64,000 bases of DNA, from the IMG/VR virus record IMGVR_UViG_3300011217_000001, positions 64,001 through 128,000 of that record; one strand, 5' to 3'. Each line of letters starts with the position of its first letter. Within the stretch, counting starts at the first letter, position 1. The notes under the pieces were generated by a model that worked only from the letters and a program-made list of their open reading frames with translations, had not been told where the DNA came from and searched no databases. The position numbers and the translations under genes were made by a program. This DNA comes from a virus. Taxonomy: Duplodnaviria; Caudoviricetes. Shown in pieces: positions 45,993 to 55,762 of the stretch.

Positions 45993-47438
45993 TTAGGCTT
46001 CGTTCAGAGCGCTGCCGTCGTTGTTGAGGTAGTTGTAGAGGGCAACGCCGGCGACGACGACACCCACGCCCACGCCGATGGCGATCAGGCGTTCCTTGCT
46101 GTGCAGGGTCTCAGTGACGACGTTCTTGACCTTGTTGGCCTGCCGGCGGATCTGAGTCTGGCCACGGGCCATGGTGCGGGTGCCGAAGTCCTTGGCGTCC
46201 TGCGCGAAGGTGGTCGGCTGATGGTCAGCGTTGGGACGACCAGCACCCTGGCTCAGCGGGATGGTGCGGACGTTGGAACGGGAGACGGTACGGGCGGTTG
46301 CGGACATGGTGGTTTCCTTCTTGCTCTTGGGAGTGGACTTGGTTTCTTGCTGGGGAGCTACTTCGAGTTCGTCTTCTTCAATGGGTCGGACGTACTCAGC
46401 CGTAGCCTTACGCTGGCCACGAGTGGCCTTGTAGTTCACCCGCACGACCAGTGCGTTGTCTTCGGTCGTGAGAGTAATCTTGGATCCCTTGTGATGCAGG
46501 GAGTCGAGCGGTGCTTCGATCAGCTCCGGATGCTTGGTGAGCAGATCGTCGAAGTAACCCATGGTGTCGAGGAAGCCCATGCGGACATAGCTCCCGATAC
46601 GACCATAGGTCGAGGCTTGGATGATGGCCTCTTCGAACTTGGCCAGGTTTGGATTGGCCAGTGCGTCCGGAGCATCTGCGATATCCAGCAGACTCTGGAA
46701 GCGTTCATCCACGTGCTTGAACATGGCTTCTTCTGCGCCGGCGTGCTGCTCGGTCGCCATGCTGATGAAGCCGCAGCGGAAGATCAACCCTTGCGCCGCG
46801 ATGCGACCCATGTAGTAGCCGCACATGCGTTCGAGCAGATCCTGCTCTTCCTTGCTGCGCTTGGGGTCTTCGCTCAGCTCGCTGAGGTTCAGCGAGAGTA
46901 CAAGACCGGTGAAGGTCAGCACTCGCGTACCCATCAGCACCGGCAGGTCCAGCAGTTCGTCGAAGATGTCCGGCTGTCGGTCCAGTCGGTCCATTGCCAA
47001 CATCACCGTGTCACCGCCGAACTTCAGACCTTCGGCCAGTTTCAGGAAGTTGATCGGCAGCCAGCCCTTTGGCGAACCCATCTCGACTTCCTTACCCTGA
47101 TAGCTGCTGCGCAGCGTGTCGGGGAAGATGGTCCATGCCAGTTGCAGCATACTGCGCACGTAGCTTTCGCTCACACCCAGGCCGTTGTAGATGTTGGCCT
47201 CGAAGGGAGCATGCTCGTGTACGAAGCTCAGATCGCGAACTCGCGGAGCGTAGCGGGTGAACAGGTCATGGATGGCCTGGTTGGTGTAGCGTTCGTTCTG
47301 GGCTGCGTCGGTCTCGATCAACTTGCGAGCAGCCTCTTTCTGTACCTGCGACACGCGCGGCGGCGGCGCCTTCTTCTTCGCTGCCTTCTTGGCAGCGGGC
47401 TTTTCAATAGGACGATGCTTGCGGGGACGGTACGTCAC
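45993..47438 (-). CDS. Hypothetical tail-anchored membrane protein with a basic N-terminus
   Basis: AAGGGAG RBS with GTG start. K/A-rich N-terminus and C-terminal LIAIGVGVGVVVAGVALY TM segment. Confidence 0.8.
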   Translation of the reverse strand: MTYRPRKHRPIEKPAAKKAAKKKAPPPRVSQVQKEAARKLIETDAAQNERYTNQAIHDLFTRYAPRVRDLSFVHEHAPFEANIYNGLGVSESYVRSMLQLAWTIFPDTLRSSYQGKEVEMGSPKGWLPINFLKLAEGLKFGGDTVMLAMDRLDRQPDIFDELLDLPVLMGTRVLTFTGLVLSLNLSELSEDPKRSKEEQDLLERMCGYYMGRIAAQGLIFRCGFISMATEQHAGAEEAMFKHVDERFQSLLDIADAPDALANPNLAKFEEAIIQASTYGRIGSYVRMGFLDTMGYFDDLLTKHPELIEAPLDSLHHKGSKITLTTEDNALVVRVNYKATRGQRKATAEYVRPIEEDELEVAPQQETKSTPKSKKETTMSATARTVSRSNVRTIPLSQGAGRPNADHQPTTFAQDAKDFGTRTMARGQTQIRRQANKVKNVVTETLHSKERLIAIGVGVGVVVAGVALYNYLNNDGSALNEA

Positions 47439-47551
47439 GATGTTTCTCCCTTGGTGGTACGAAAGAAAAAGAAGAGCCTGAAAAACTACCCACCTATCAA
47501 CCGTTCCGGGATTGGAATGGTCGATAGGTAGATAGTCTAGAGGCGATTGGT

Positions 47552-47590
47552 TGTACTACTTCAACTAGGTGATGTATAGGTGAAAGTTTT
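47552..47590 (-). promoter_or_regulatory. Putative early (virion RNAP-type) promoter
   Basis: The - strand reads AAAACTTTCACCTATACATCACCTAGTTGAAGTAGTACA. It is nearly identical to the 60112-60146 element and its core resembles phiKZ early TATATTAC. Confidence 0.65.
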
Positions 47591-47696
47591 TGGAATCGGT
47601 ATCCTAGAAGGGCATCTATTCTATGTGGGCGGGTCCAGATAACATCCGGACTTAGCCTACCACTGCGCACCCACCTTACTAGCTAGAGGTATCAAA

Positions 47697-48851
47697 ATGT
47701 CGCTCAATGACAAGAGCAAGGATCGCCTGCTCGCGTTGGTCAACGAAGAGAACGTGGATGAAATGATCTACGGTCCGCTGACCTTCGACGACGTCGACTT
47801 TGCCGAGCCGGTGGCCGATGCCACCCAGGGTGAAGAGGTCAACTCGACCGTCAAGATCACCGCCAAGGCGGAAAGCCGCTTCGGCGGCGAGGTCACCGCT
47901 GCCTACCAGCGTCTGGACCTGCAGAAGCTGTTCACCGACGCCGGCCTGCCGGAAGTGGAAGTCCGCGCTGTCGGCCTGACCAACTCCAGCGAAGTCGTGT
48001 CCGAGCTGAACGAAACCTTCGGTCTGGGCCTGGACGAGGACGACGTCGTCTTCGAAGCCCTGCCGACCGGCGAGTTCCCGCTGGAATATACCCTGAAGAC
48101 CAAGGCGACTTCGTTCGCCTGGATCGGCGAGCTGAAGCTCATCCTGACCGACGGCAAGCCGCCGCTGAGCTCGGTGATCGTCAAGACCGTCCTGAACGGC
48201 CTGAAGTACCCGACCGGCATCGTCTCGGGCCTGATCAAGCCGAAGGTGCAGCAGGACGTCTCGGTCAACGAAGCGTTCCAGACCGAAGATGGCAAGCTGT
48301 TCACCGGCACGGGCAACCCGTCGGACCACCTGGTCGCCAACAACAACGGCGAGCTGGAAGTGGCCATCGGCGCCCGCATCTGGAAGGACATCAACACCTT
48401 CGCTCCGGTCGATGGCGCCCTGCCGAAGTACAGCGTGGCCGTGCCGGAAGCCGGCGACTGGAACATCCCGTTCTCGATCGGCCTGCTGGACAAGACCCAC
48501 GGCGCCGCCGTGCTCGACCTGTACGCCGTCGAAGTGTTCATCCAGACCGCCGACCGCACCAAGGGCCTGCACCTGGTCGCCGTCAAGAACGCCGATGGCA
48601 GCCTGTCGCTGAAGGACGAAGCGGCCGGTGTGGACATCACCGACGCGTACTTCTCGGCCACCGGTGACCTGATCCAGGAAATCCAGCGTGCCTCGTTCTA
48701 CGCCGACGCCTTCCCGGGCGTTGCAGCCACCGAAACCGGCGCACTGCTGGGCGACTTCTACATCGCCGTGCAGGCTCGCCGCCTGGACTCCATCTGCCCG
48801 CGCGTGCTGGCGGCTGCCGAAGTCCACGTCACCGAAGCCACCTCCATCTAA
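47697..48851 (+). CDS. Virion structural protein of the tail-tip family
   Basis: GAGG RBS, upstream TATG and strong codon bias. LLALVN.EN...Y.RLDL...WIG...LNGL.YP N-domain and NNGEL C-domain. Confidence 0.8.
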   Translation: MSLNDKSKDRLLALVNEENVDEMIYGPLTFDDVDFAEPVADATQGEEVNSTVKITAKAESRFGGEVTAAYQRLDLQKLFTDAGLPEVEVRAVGLTNSSEVVSELNETFGLGLDEDDVVFEALPTGEFPLEYTLKTKATSFAWIGELKLILTDGKPPLSSVIVKTVLNGLKYPTGIVSGLIKPKVQQDVSVNEAFQTEDGKLFTGTGNPSDHLVANNNGELEVAIGARIWKDINTFAPVDGALPKYSVAVPEAGDWNIPFSIGLLDKTHGAAVLDLYAVEVFIQTADRTKGLHLVAVKNADGSLSLKDEAAGVDITDAYFSATGDLIQEIQRASFYADAFPGVAATETGALLGDFYIAVQARRLDSICPRVLAAAEVHVTEATSI

Positions 48852-48868
48852 TCGACGGGGTGCCTGAG

Positions 48869-48909
48869 GGCATAGAGGAGGGGCTTCGGCCCCTCCTCTA
48901 TTTATGCCG
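48869..48909. terminator. Bidirectional hairpin (GGCATAG/TATGCCG flanks)
   Basis: TAGAGGAGGGGC-ttcg-GCCCCTCCTCTA. Confidence 0.8.
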
Positions 48910-48910
48910 T

Positions 48911-49450
48911 TCAGTAGATCTGTACGATCATCAGTTCCATCATCAGGCGCAGTTGCGCGGCACCACGAGCGTAGCTGTTCAGCGACACTTCCAAGGCAGC
49001 GCCTCGGGAGACGTTGACCAGATCCTCACTGGCGTTCTGCACTACGCCGACCTTGCTGCCAGCTGCGAACACCACGTCAAAGCGATACTCGCCCAGGTTG
49101 ATCTGGAGAGCGACATCGGCAGTGGGTGCAGTGTTGAGCTTGAACACGCACGAGCTCAGTGCACGATCGACGATGATATCTTCGCCGATGATGGCACCGA
49201 ACAGCGGTTCGGCCTTCATCTCGTAACGAGTCAGGTCGTTGACGGAGAAGTTGATGTTGAAGCGACGCGACCCAGCGCGGTTGCGGATCTCTTCGAGCAT
49301 TGCACGCAGCGTGGGGATATTCCCGTCGTCCAACTCAACCACTTCATCGTCAGCGCCCTGGATGAACTGACGCAGGAGGAGGTTGCTGGCTTCGGTATCG
49401 GCGGCAGCTTCGTTGAGGCGCTGGATGACTTCTTCGGGGTTGGTGCTCAT
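48911..49450 (-). CDS. Probable virion structural protein
   Basis: AAGGA RBS. Short helical N-terminus with a G.IPTL motif, followed by a beta-sandwich-like region. Confidence 0.7.
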   Translation of the reverse strand: MSTNPEEVIQRLNEAAADTEASNLLLRQFIQGADDEVVELDDGNIPTLRAMLEEIRNRAGSRRFNINFSVNDLTRYEMKAEPLFGAIIGEDIIVDRALSSCVFKLNTAPTADVALQINLGEYRFDVVFAAGSKVGVVQNASEDLVNVSRGAALEVSLNSYARGAAQLRLMMELMIVQIY

Positions 49451-49467
49451 CGGGGTTCCTTGGTTGT

Positions 49468-50034
49468 TCAGCCAGCGACAGGGATACCGCCACCGGGGGC
49501 GTTGTAGAAGATGTTGTACAGACCCGACCGGATTGCGGTCGATACATTGCCAGCAGCGCTCACCAGTTCATCCACAGGGACCGGGATGTAATCGAAGTGA
49601 GCCACGATCACGCCCTCGCCGTAGTAGGCGTACGAACCGTCCTTGGCCTTGACCTGAACGTTCAGCTGGTCGTAACCCTGGGACAGATCGAACACGCCAA
49701 CTGGTTCGATTTCAGACGTGGTGAAGTTGATGTCGTACAGCTCAGCGATGGAACCGATGAACTGTTCGAAGGTGACGTCCTTGGGCGTGAGGATGCTCAT
49801 CCCGCCAGCCTTGTCGATCACCTGCTGCAAATGCAGTCGCTCGTAGGAGAGACTAACATAGCCGCCGTACTCGAAAGCTGGCTTGGAGCGCACCCGCATT
49901 GCCGTGGTGGGTTCGCCGGGCACGACAGCGCCCGGCGCTTCCAGCGTCACCTGTTCATTGGTGAGGTTGAGGTCGTTGTCCTGGTTGATCAACTCCAGAA
50001 CGAGTTCCTGCGCCTCGATAGACAGGTCGGTCAT
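49468..50034 (-). CDS. Virion protein consisting mostly of the tail-tip family N-domain
   Basis: LVLELINQDN...Y.RL.L...SYAYYGE motif. Confidence 0.75.
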   Translation of the reverse strand: MTDLSIEAQELVLELINQDNDLNLTNEQVTLEAPGAVVPGEPTTAMRVRSKPAFEYGGYVSLSYERLHLQQVIDKAGGMSILTPKDVTFEQFIGSIAELYDINFTTSEIEPVGVFDLSQGYDQLNVQVKAKDGSYAYYGEGVIVAHFDYIPVPVDELVSAAGNVSTAIRSGLYNIFYNAPGGGIPVAG

Positions 50035-50042
50035 GAATCACC

Positions 50043-50252
50043 TTAAACGCGTTGGATCTGGAGGAAAGCTCCGGACTCGGGTGGGATATTGATGTCAGGC
50101 TGGGCGTCCATGAGGATCTGGATACCCAGGGTGCTCACCAACATCGGAGAATCGTCAGTGACCATGATCATCGCACCGAGAGAGCTGACCAAGGCAGTGC
50201 CCTGGTCATCCTGCAGGAACATGGCACCCAGTGAAGAAACTCGGGCAGTCAT
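50043..50252 (-). CDS. Small protein with three VSSLG-type repeats
   Basis: AAGGAG RBS; tiles between its neighbours; VSSLGAM twice and VSTLGIQ once. Confidence 0.7.
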   Translation of the reverse strand: MTARVSSLGAMFLQDDQGTALVSSLGAMIMVTDDSPMLVSTLGIQILMDAQPDINIPPESGAFLQIQRV

Positions 50253-50262
50253 GGCAAGCTCC

Positions 50263-51378
50263 TTAGCTCAGCGGGGAGACCAGGGTCAATTCCAGCGCTG
50301 CGAGATTTGCCGGAGTGAGCACATTCTGATCTTCGGTGGACCACAGCAGATCCGTACGGAATGCGGCCGTGTCGAAGAGCGTGTTGATACGCTTGTCCGG
50401 ATCGAGCGTCGTACCGGCCGGGCCGAATACCGTGGAGAGGACACGACGCGTGGACGCCTGATCCCGCTTACCGCGCACGAACAGCGACGCCGCGTAGGCT
50501 TTCTGGTGCGAAGGCAGGTTGAACTCCAAGCGATAACGATCGCCCAGGTTACCGAGGTCCGGGGAGCTGATATACTTGGTATCATCGCCAGTGTTGGGAC
50601 CGGTGACCAAACCCAGGTTGTCCTCACCTTCGGACGGCTTCCAGTTCTTCACCAGCGTCAGTGTCGGCTGGCGACTGATGACCATCTGCGGACCCAGACG
50701 GGTGTCGCTGACGTAGATATCACTGTAGGAGGCGGCCATGTTCCAGATGTAGTTGGAGCCGTTGCTACCGAGTGCGAACGTGGTGAACGGGCCGGTAATC
50801 GAACCGTTGAAGGTGGTGCCTATCTTCACACCGTCGATGTACAGTTCGAACGAAGCAGTACTTGAACCGGTGCGGAGCATCCTGAGCTCGATATAGTACT
50901 CCTGCCCATCGACGAACTGATAGGGGATGGAGTTGGTGGAAACGCCGAAGTACACCGTTCCTGCCGCCGGCGAGAATGCCAGGTACACGCCGCTATTGAT
51001 GGACAGGATGGAATACCACGTGTTCGGGTATGTCGCACCCACCGGATTGATCTTCTGCTTCTTGAAACGGAACCCGAATACGGTATTCTGACCATTGGTC
51101 CCGTGGACGCCGACAGGCAGCGGGAAGGTCGCTGCAACAGTGCCGCCCATCTGCTGTTCACCGGCCCACCAGGTGAGAGATTTGCGGCGGTTGGCACCCT
51201 TACCCATCTTGTATCGATCCAGATCGGACACACCGATGCTGTGATCCTTGCCGGCAGTGTTACCGATGGTCGGCTTGCTGGGATGGTTCAACAGACCCGC
51301 ACCGAGCAGGGGTCCGTTCTTAGTAGCATTGTCGCCGCTTCCGAACAGATCGAAACCGGTCATGAAGTAGATGGCCAT
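50263..51378 (-). CDS. Virion protein with a ConA-like beta-sandwich
   Basis: AAGGGA RBS. MAI.FM.GFD start, YYIEL.......FELYIDG and SDIY..D.RLGP motifs. Confidence 0.7.
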   Translation of the reverse strand: MAIYFMTGFDLFGSGDNATKNGPLLGAGLLNHPSKPTIGNTAGKDHSIGVSDLDRYKMGKGANRRKSLTWWAGEQQMGGTVAATFPLPVGVHGTNGQNTVFGFRFKKQKINPVGATYPNTWYSILSINSGVYLAFSPAAGTVYFGVSTNSIPYQFVDGQEYYIELRMLRTGSSTASFELYIDGVKIGTTFNGSITGPFTTFALGSNGSNYIWNMAASYSDIYVSDTRLGPQMVISRQPTLTLVKNWKPSEGEDNLGLVTGPNTGDDTKYISSPDLGNLGDRYRLEFNLPSHQKAYAASLFVRGKRDQASTRRVLSTVFGPAGTTLDPDKRINTLFDTAAFRTDLLWSTEDQNVLTPANLAALELTLVSPLS

Positions 51379-51451
51379 TACTTTTCCCTTGGGGTGGAAG
51401 AGGGTTAGAACTCAGGGTCAACATAGGATAAGTTCCGGCCTTTTCGGGGAC

Positions 51452-51503
51452 AAAAAAAAAAGAGACGGCATAGCTGGGAGGTTTCCCTCCCAGCCGTTTA
51501 TGC
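51452..51503 (-). terminator. Terminator hairpin ending the accessory operon
   Basis: GCTGGGAGG-tttc-CCTCCCAGC with a GGCATA flank and a long A-run on the + strand. Confidence 0.7.
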
Positions 51504-52166
51504 GTCGTTCTGCTTCAGCGTGAGAATGTCCCACACGTCAGCTCTGGTGCGATGGCGCTGATGAAGCTTGTGCTCCCACTCGATCTTGCCACCCTTCAGA
51601 CCAGTGGTGGTCAGGTCGGTCAACTGACTGGAGGAAAGAGGCGTCCAGTCCATGCCCTGGAGAGCAACTATGGTAGCGGTCTGATAGATCGCCGGCATCG
51701 GATCAGGGGTGAGCAGGTCAGCCGGGAACATGGTCAGGAACTGGCCCTGCAAACCGATGAACAGCTCGTGCACTCCGCCAAGGTTGACGAAGCTACCGAT
51801 GTGCTGGACTTCACCCTTGTCATCCCAGTCGCCGCGAATCCGGTACAGCTTGGTCGGAGTCAGGACGAAGAAGTCGATTGCGTTGTGGCGGATCTTGCCC
51901 TTGTCGAACATGGGTAGTTCTGCCAACGGCGCTGCATCGAGCAGGCCTTCGTTGATGGCCTCAGCGAAGTCATGCGCTCCATGGAAGATCGGTTGCTCGG
52001 GGATGTGCAGCGATCCCACTGCGTAACCGGCGGCAACGATTGCCTCACCATGGAACTTGAAATCATCCTCGCCCCGACGATGGTACAAGGCGCTGATGTT
52101 GATGGATTGAATCGGGGCCACGATTCGCGTAGCCCCACCATCGTTCTTGATGTAAATCAGACTCAC
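51498..52166 (-). CDS. Hypothetical protein
   Basis: GGGAG RBS; GTG start overlapping the upstream stop. Confidence 0.75.
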   Translation of the reverse strand: MSLIYIKNDGGATRIVAPIQSINISALYHRRGEDDFKFHGEAIVAAGYAVGSLHIPEQPIFHGAHDFAEAINEGLLDAAPLAELPMFDKGKIRHNAIDFFVLTPTKLYRIRGDWDDKGEVQHIGSFVNLGGVHELFIGLQGQFLTMFPADLLTPDPMPAIYQTATIVALQGMDWTPLSSSQLTDLTTTGLKGGKIEWEHKLHQRHRTRADVWDILTLKQNDA

Positions 52167-52852
52167 GGAGAAACTCCCAGACGCTCGTAGAGCTGCGTGT
52201 TGTCGGTCCTGCGCCTACCACCCATCAGAACCCTGTCTTTGCCGTCAGCAGCCCCTGTGAAGCTGATACAGGCACTATGTAGGGCTTGGGTGATTGCAGC
52301 ATCGGAATTGAGGATACTGAAGGCCGTAACCAGCGGACCATTCTTCCCTTGCGGGTTCATGGTGACGCCAATCAACGGACCTCCTGCATTGGGATACATC
52401 TTGCATACCAATGCGGTTACTTCCGGTGCTTTCATCGAGGTGCGCTTGAGCAGCTTCATTGCAAACGAAGCCCCCGAGCCCATGGCGAACGGAGCGTCCA
52501 CCGACTGGATGCTCATCTTCACACCCTTGTAGGATGCGAGGTAGAGACCATTGACGGTGAGGATCAGCAGCTTCCCAGGCTTGGCATTGAATGCCTTGAA
52601 CTTGGAGGACTGGACGGCCAGCTTGCGCAACTTACCCTGGATGAGGTAGGAGAGCATGAACTCACTTGTCTTCACGTTACCGCAGCGGGCAGCTGCGATA
52701 ACCTTGGCACTTTCGAAGACCACTTCCTTGTCCGCCAGCGAGACCAGCTTGGGGTGACTGTCGTTGGTCTTGACAGCCACGCCAGAACGGATCGTGCTGC
52801 GTCGTGAGTCACCGACCAGCGTGAGATCAGAGTCGACGACTACGATACTCAT
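52163..52852 (-). CDS. Ntn-hydrolase (HslV/proteasome beta-like) protein
   Basis: Start moved to ATG 52852. SIVV.....LVGDSR N-terminus, K in PKLV, FAMGSG and AGGP motifs. Confidence 0.65.
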   Translation of the reverse strand: MSIVVVDSDLTLVGDSRRSTIRSGVAVKTNDSHPKLVSLADKEVVFESAKVIAAARCGNVKTSEFMLSYLIQGKLRKLAVQSSKFKAFNAKPGKLLILTVNGLYLASYKGVKMSIQSVDAPFAMGSGASFAMKLLKRTSMKAPEVTALVCKMYPNAGGPLIGVTMNPQGKNGPLVTAFSILNSDAAITQALHSACISFTGAADGKDRVLMGGRRRTDNTQLYERLGVSP

Positions 52853-52853
52853 G

Positions 52854-53504
52854 TCAGTGGATCCTTTTGGGCTTGGATTTGGTCTTCTTGTTCTTGTTCG
52901 CCTTGCCGGCACGCTTGCGTCCCTTGGCACGAGCGATCTGCAACTGAGCCTGCAGACCGAATGCGCCTGCCACGCCGGACAGGCCACCGTTGCGGTACTG
53001 TCCACCCAGCGGCGGAAGCTTACCGGTGCGCTTCTCGTAGCAGGTGATGACCTTCTCGATAGAGGCCGGGAAGAAGGAAACCTTCACCCCATCCGGCTCA
53101 CCTGCAGCGATCGGAGAGTTCTGCTCACTGCTCAGGAGCATCAGTGCGATCTCGCCATCGAAGGGCGGCAGTTCGTGACGCATGGTGAACTCGGCCATGG
53201 CAACGGTCATCTGGTACAGCAGAGCTGCGCCGGTGCGGTTGAAGCCTTCGGCATCTTCGGGGTGGAAGATGGTCTCGTAGGGAACGCCGACGGTGTGGAC
53301 ACCCTTGTCGTTCTCATACAGGAACACGGCCATGGAGGGTTTGATTTCGATATCCCCCAGGGTGACCATCTTCATGTACTTCATGTCGTGCTCCTGACGA
53401 TCAGCCAGCAGCTTGACACCCGCAGCCCATCCGTTGGAGTGACCGCCGTGCTCCCGACGCCCGGCGTCGGTGTTGAGTACGGTAATTGCGTTGATACGGT
53501 CCAT
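52854..53504 (-). CDS. Hypothetical protein with a basic C-terminal tail
   Basis: The ORF tiles the operon; K/R-rich C-terminus. Confidence 0.75.
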   Translation of the reverse strand: MDRINAITVLNTDAGRREHGGHSNGWAAGVKLLADRQEHDMKYMKMVTLGDIEIKPSMAVFLYENDKGVHTVGVPYETIFHPEDAEGFNRTGAALLYQMTVAMAEFTMRHELPPFDGEIALMLLSSEQNSPIAAGEPDGVKVSFFPASIEKVITCYEKRTGKLPPLGGQYRNGGLSGVAGAFGLQAQLQIARAKGRKRAGKANKNKKTKSKPKRIH

Positions 53505-53519
53505 GGTTCTTGTTACTCG

Positions 53520-54092
53520 TTAGGAAGGAAGAAGGGGCGATTGGTAGTTGCGGTTTACAAACATCGAGTCACCGGTGACCTCCACCTCGAACTCAACGTA
53601 GATGTCGTTCTCGGGCAGACTGGCTACCATCTCGTTCAGCGGACTGAGCATGCGCCATTGGTCTTTCTTGGCATCAAAGCCCAGGATCAGGTTCTCCGAC
53701 ACAGTGCGGATATCAGCAGGCGTCAGGGGACGCGTCGGACCTTGGAGCATTTCACCGATGCAGCGCATGTAGTCGGGATCGGTGTAGTCTTCGTACCAAG
53801 GTTCGTAGGTGCCCCTCAGTACGAACTTGCTCCCCTCAACCCTACCCCTGATAAGGTTGACCATGTTTTCGAGGTTGGCCGCCTGGAAGTACGATCCCAG
53901 ATACTGACGGATGTAGTTCGAACGATCCGTCAGCTTACTCAGGCCGTGCAGGTAAGCGCTCTTGAGCACCACCTGCATGTGGTCCTCGGCCTGCTTGATC
54001 AGCTTGTCAGCGGACACTACGTTGAGCAGGCACTGTTGGAAGATGACGTCTGTTTCCGCAAACGCCGAGGTAAGGCGTGGATCTTTACGCAC
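53520..54092 (-). CDS. Hypothetical protein
   Basis: AAGGAG RBS with GTG start. Confidence 0.75.
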   Translation of the reverse strand: MRKDPRLTSAFAETDVIFQQCLLNVVSADKLIKQAEDHMQVVLKSAYLHGLSKLTDRSNYIRQYLGSYFQAANLENMVNLIRGRVEGSKFVLRGTYEPWYEDYTDPDYMRCIGEMLQGPTRPLTPADIRTVSENLILGFDAKKDQWRMLSPLNEMVASLPENDIYVEFEVEVTGDSMFVNRNYQSPLLPS

Positions 54093-54095
54093 AAC

Positions 54096-55205
54096 TTACT
54101 CCTTGAAGAACTTGAGCTTGGTAGCGCGCTCGTAGTTGCGGATGAGATTGAAGAGCGGCTCCACCGGGCTATCGTCGACGGGCGCTCCGGTGGTCCAACT
54201 GCCGGTTTCCATGTCGACTGTCAGACGCGATGCTTCAATGATGCGTTGGTCCAAGGTGGTGAGAGTCGGACCTACCATCGCAGTCCAAAGGATCGCAGCT
54301 TCCAGATCCTTGGTGATGTTGTAGTTCGCAGCTGAACTGAGCTGGTACTCAGCCGGGATGAAGTCCGTGCCGATCCCAGAACACTTGCAGTGCTGGATGA
54401 AGTCGCCGATGGTCTTGGAGAAGCGCAGACCCTGGATAACCGGACGCGCCTGGTCGCGGATGTTTTCAGGTGCCCTGCTCGACAGGTATCTGAGATCCTT
54501 GTTATTGCAGGCCAGAAGATAACGAACGTCGTCTTCGAAGATCGGCGAATCGCTCTTCATGTAACCGGGGATATAGGCCGCCATCGTTTCCTTGTGACGG
54601 TGGTCGTTCCAGTGGGTCAGGAGCCGTACGTTGTAACGAGAGAGCGCGTAGTCGATCATGAACTGCCATGCGCTGACGCCGACAAGGCCCTTCGGTCCTT
54701 CCTCGTGACGTTCGAGATTGTGGAACATCCCATCCATCTTAACCACCCAGAACGGGTTGACGTTGTGGACCCATCCTGCCTTGGTGATATTGGCGAGCAC
54801 CGTGTAGGGATTGTGGACCACCTTACCATGGATCACGGTATGATCGACCATCAGGTACATGTCGATCAGCCGGCCGAGGAGTGCGTCCTTGGTGCGGGTC
54901 AGTCGAAGGTGGAGGCCACGCGTATGGAGGAGTTGCTTGCACGGACGCAGTGCGAACTCGATATCGTCGTGTCGGTCCGCTGCTGCATTGATCGCCAGGG
55001 TCGGCATCATGCTCATACCGCTCGGGTCGTCGAGCGCGCTCCATCGAATCGTCAGATTGTGGGTACGCGTACATTCGGCCAACGCCTCTTCCACGGTCTC
55101 CATCACCATTTCGCGATAGAACTTGCGCTTGGTAAAGGGCATCTCGGTGTAGGGGACGTTCTGCTCGGTGATCTTGTCGTTGGCGCGTTCGAGGAAACCT
55201 TTCAA
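54096..55205 (-). CDS. Hypothetical protein
   Basis: GGAG RBS; TTG start overlapping the upstream stop; 369 aa. Confidence 0.75.
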   Translation of the reverse strand: MKGFLERANDKITEQNVPYTEMPFTKRKFYREMVMETVEEALAECTRTHNLTIRWSALDDPSGMSMMPTLAINAAADRHDDIEFALRPCKQLLHTRGLHLRLTRTKDALLGRLIDMYLMVDHTVIHGKVVHNPYTVLANITKAGWVHNVNPFWVVKMDGMFHNLERHEEGPKGLVGVSAWQFMIDYALSRYNVRLLTHWNDHRHKETMAAYIPGYMKSDSPIFEDDVRYLLACNNKDLRYLSSRAPENIRDQARPVIQGLRFSKTIGDFIQHCKCSGIGTDFIPAEYQLSSAANYNITKDLEAAILWTAMVGPTLTTLDQRIIEASRLTVDMETGSWTTGAPVDDSPVEPLFNLIRNYERATKLKFFKE

Positions 55206-55762
55206 GTTGAATCTCCGTTGATAATGGGTTTGTAGTTGCGAGGGCTGTTGATGACAAAGCTCTGGAACTTGCCGTCTTCGGTTTTCTTGAAGGTCGACAA
55301 TGCCAGAGATTCCAACTGACCCAACTCGGGATAGCGGGCGTACGCTTGCTCACGTAGCAACTCGGCAATATCGCGCGGGTCGTAGTCGTCGGTATCCAGA
55401 CCTTCCCGGTGATCCCAGGAGATCATCATGTCCAACAGGGTGCCATCGGGCAGACGGGCAGTTGCCACGTAGAAGCCTTCAGGCATTGCGGGTGTACTTT
55501 TGCCGTCTGTGGGGAAGTCAGTACGGTCATACTCGGCGGTAAGATCGGTGAGGAAGAACAGACCACGGATCTTGTCACGACGCTGCTCATCTGCGATCGC
55601 TTGCCTGATGCGCTCGAAGAGATGCTCGCGGGCCGTCTTGTATCCCAGCTTGTAACAATGGGCCGGTTCTGTCCCATCGGACATGGTGTCCAGTTCATAC
55701 TGCGAGTCCAGCTCGATATCTCGCAGCACATGTGCAGAGATCTTTAACGGCACGGTGGGCAT
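55202..55762 (-). CDS. Hypothetical protein
   Basis: AAGGAG RBS. Confidence 0.75.
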   Translation of the reverse strand: MPTVPLKISAHVLRDIELDSQYELDTMSDGTEPAHCYKLGYKTAREHLFERIRQAIADEQRRDKIRGLFFLTDLTAEYDRTDFPTDGKSTPAMPEGFYVATARLPDGTLLDMMISWDHREGLDTDDYDPRDIAELLREQAYARYPELGQLESLALSTFKKTEDGKFQSFVINSPRNYKPIINGDST

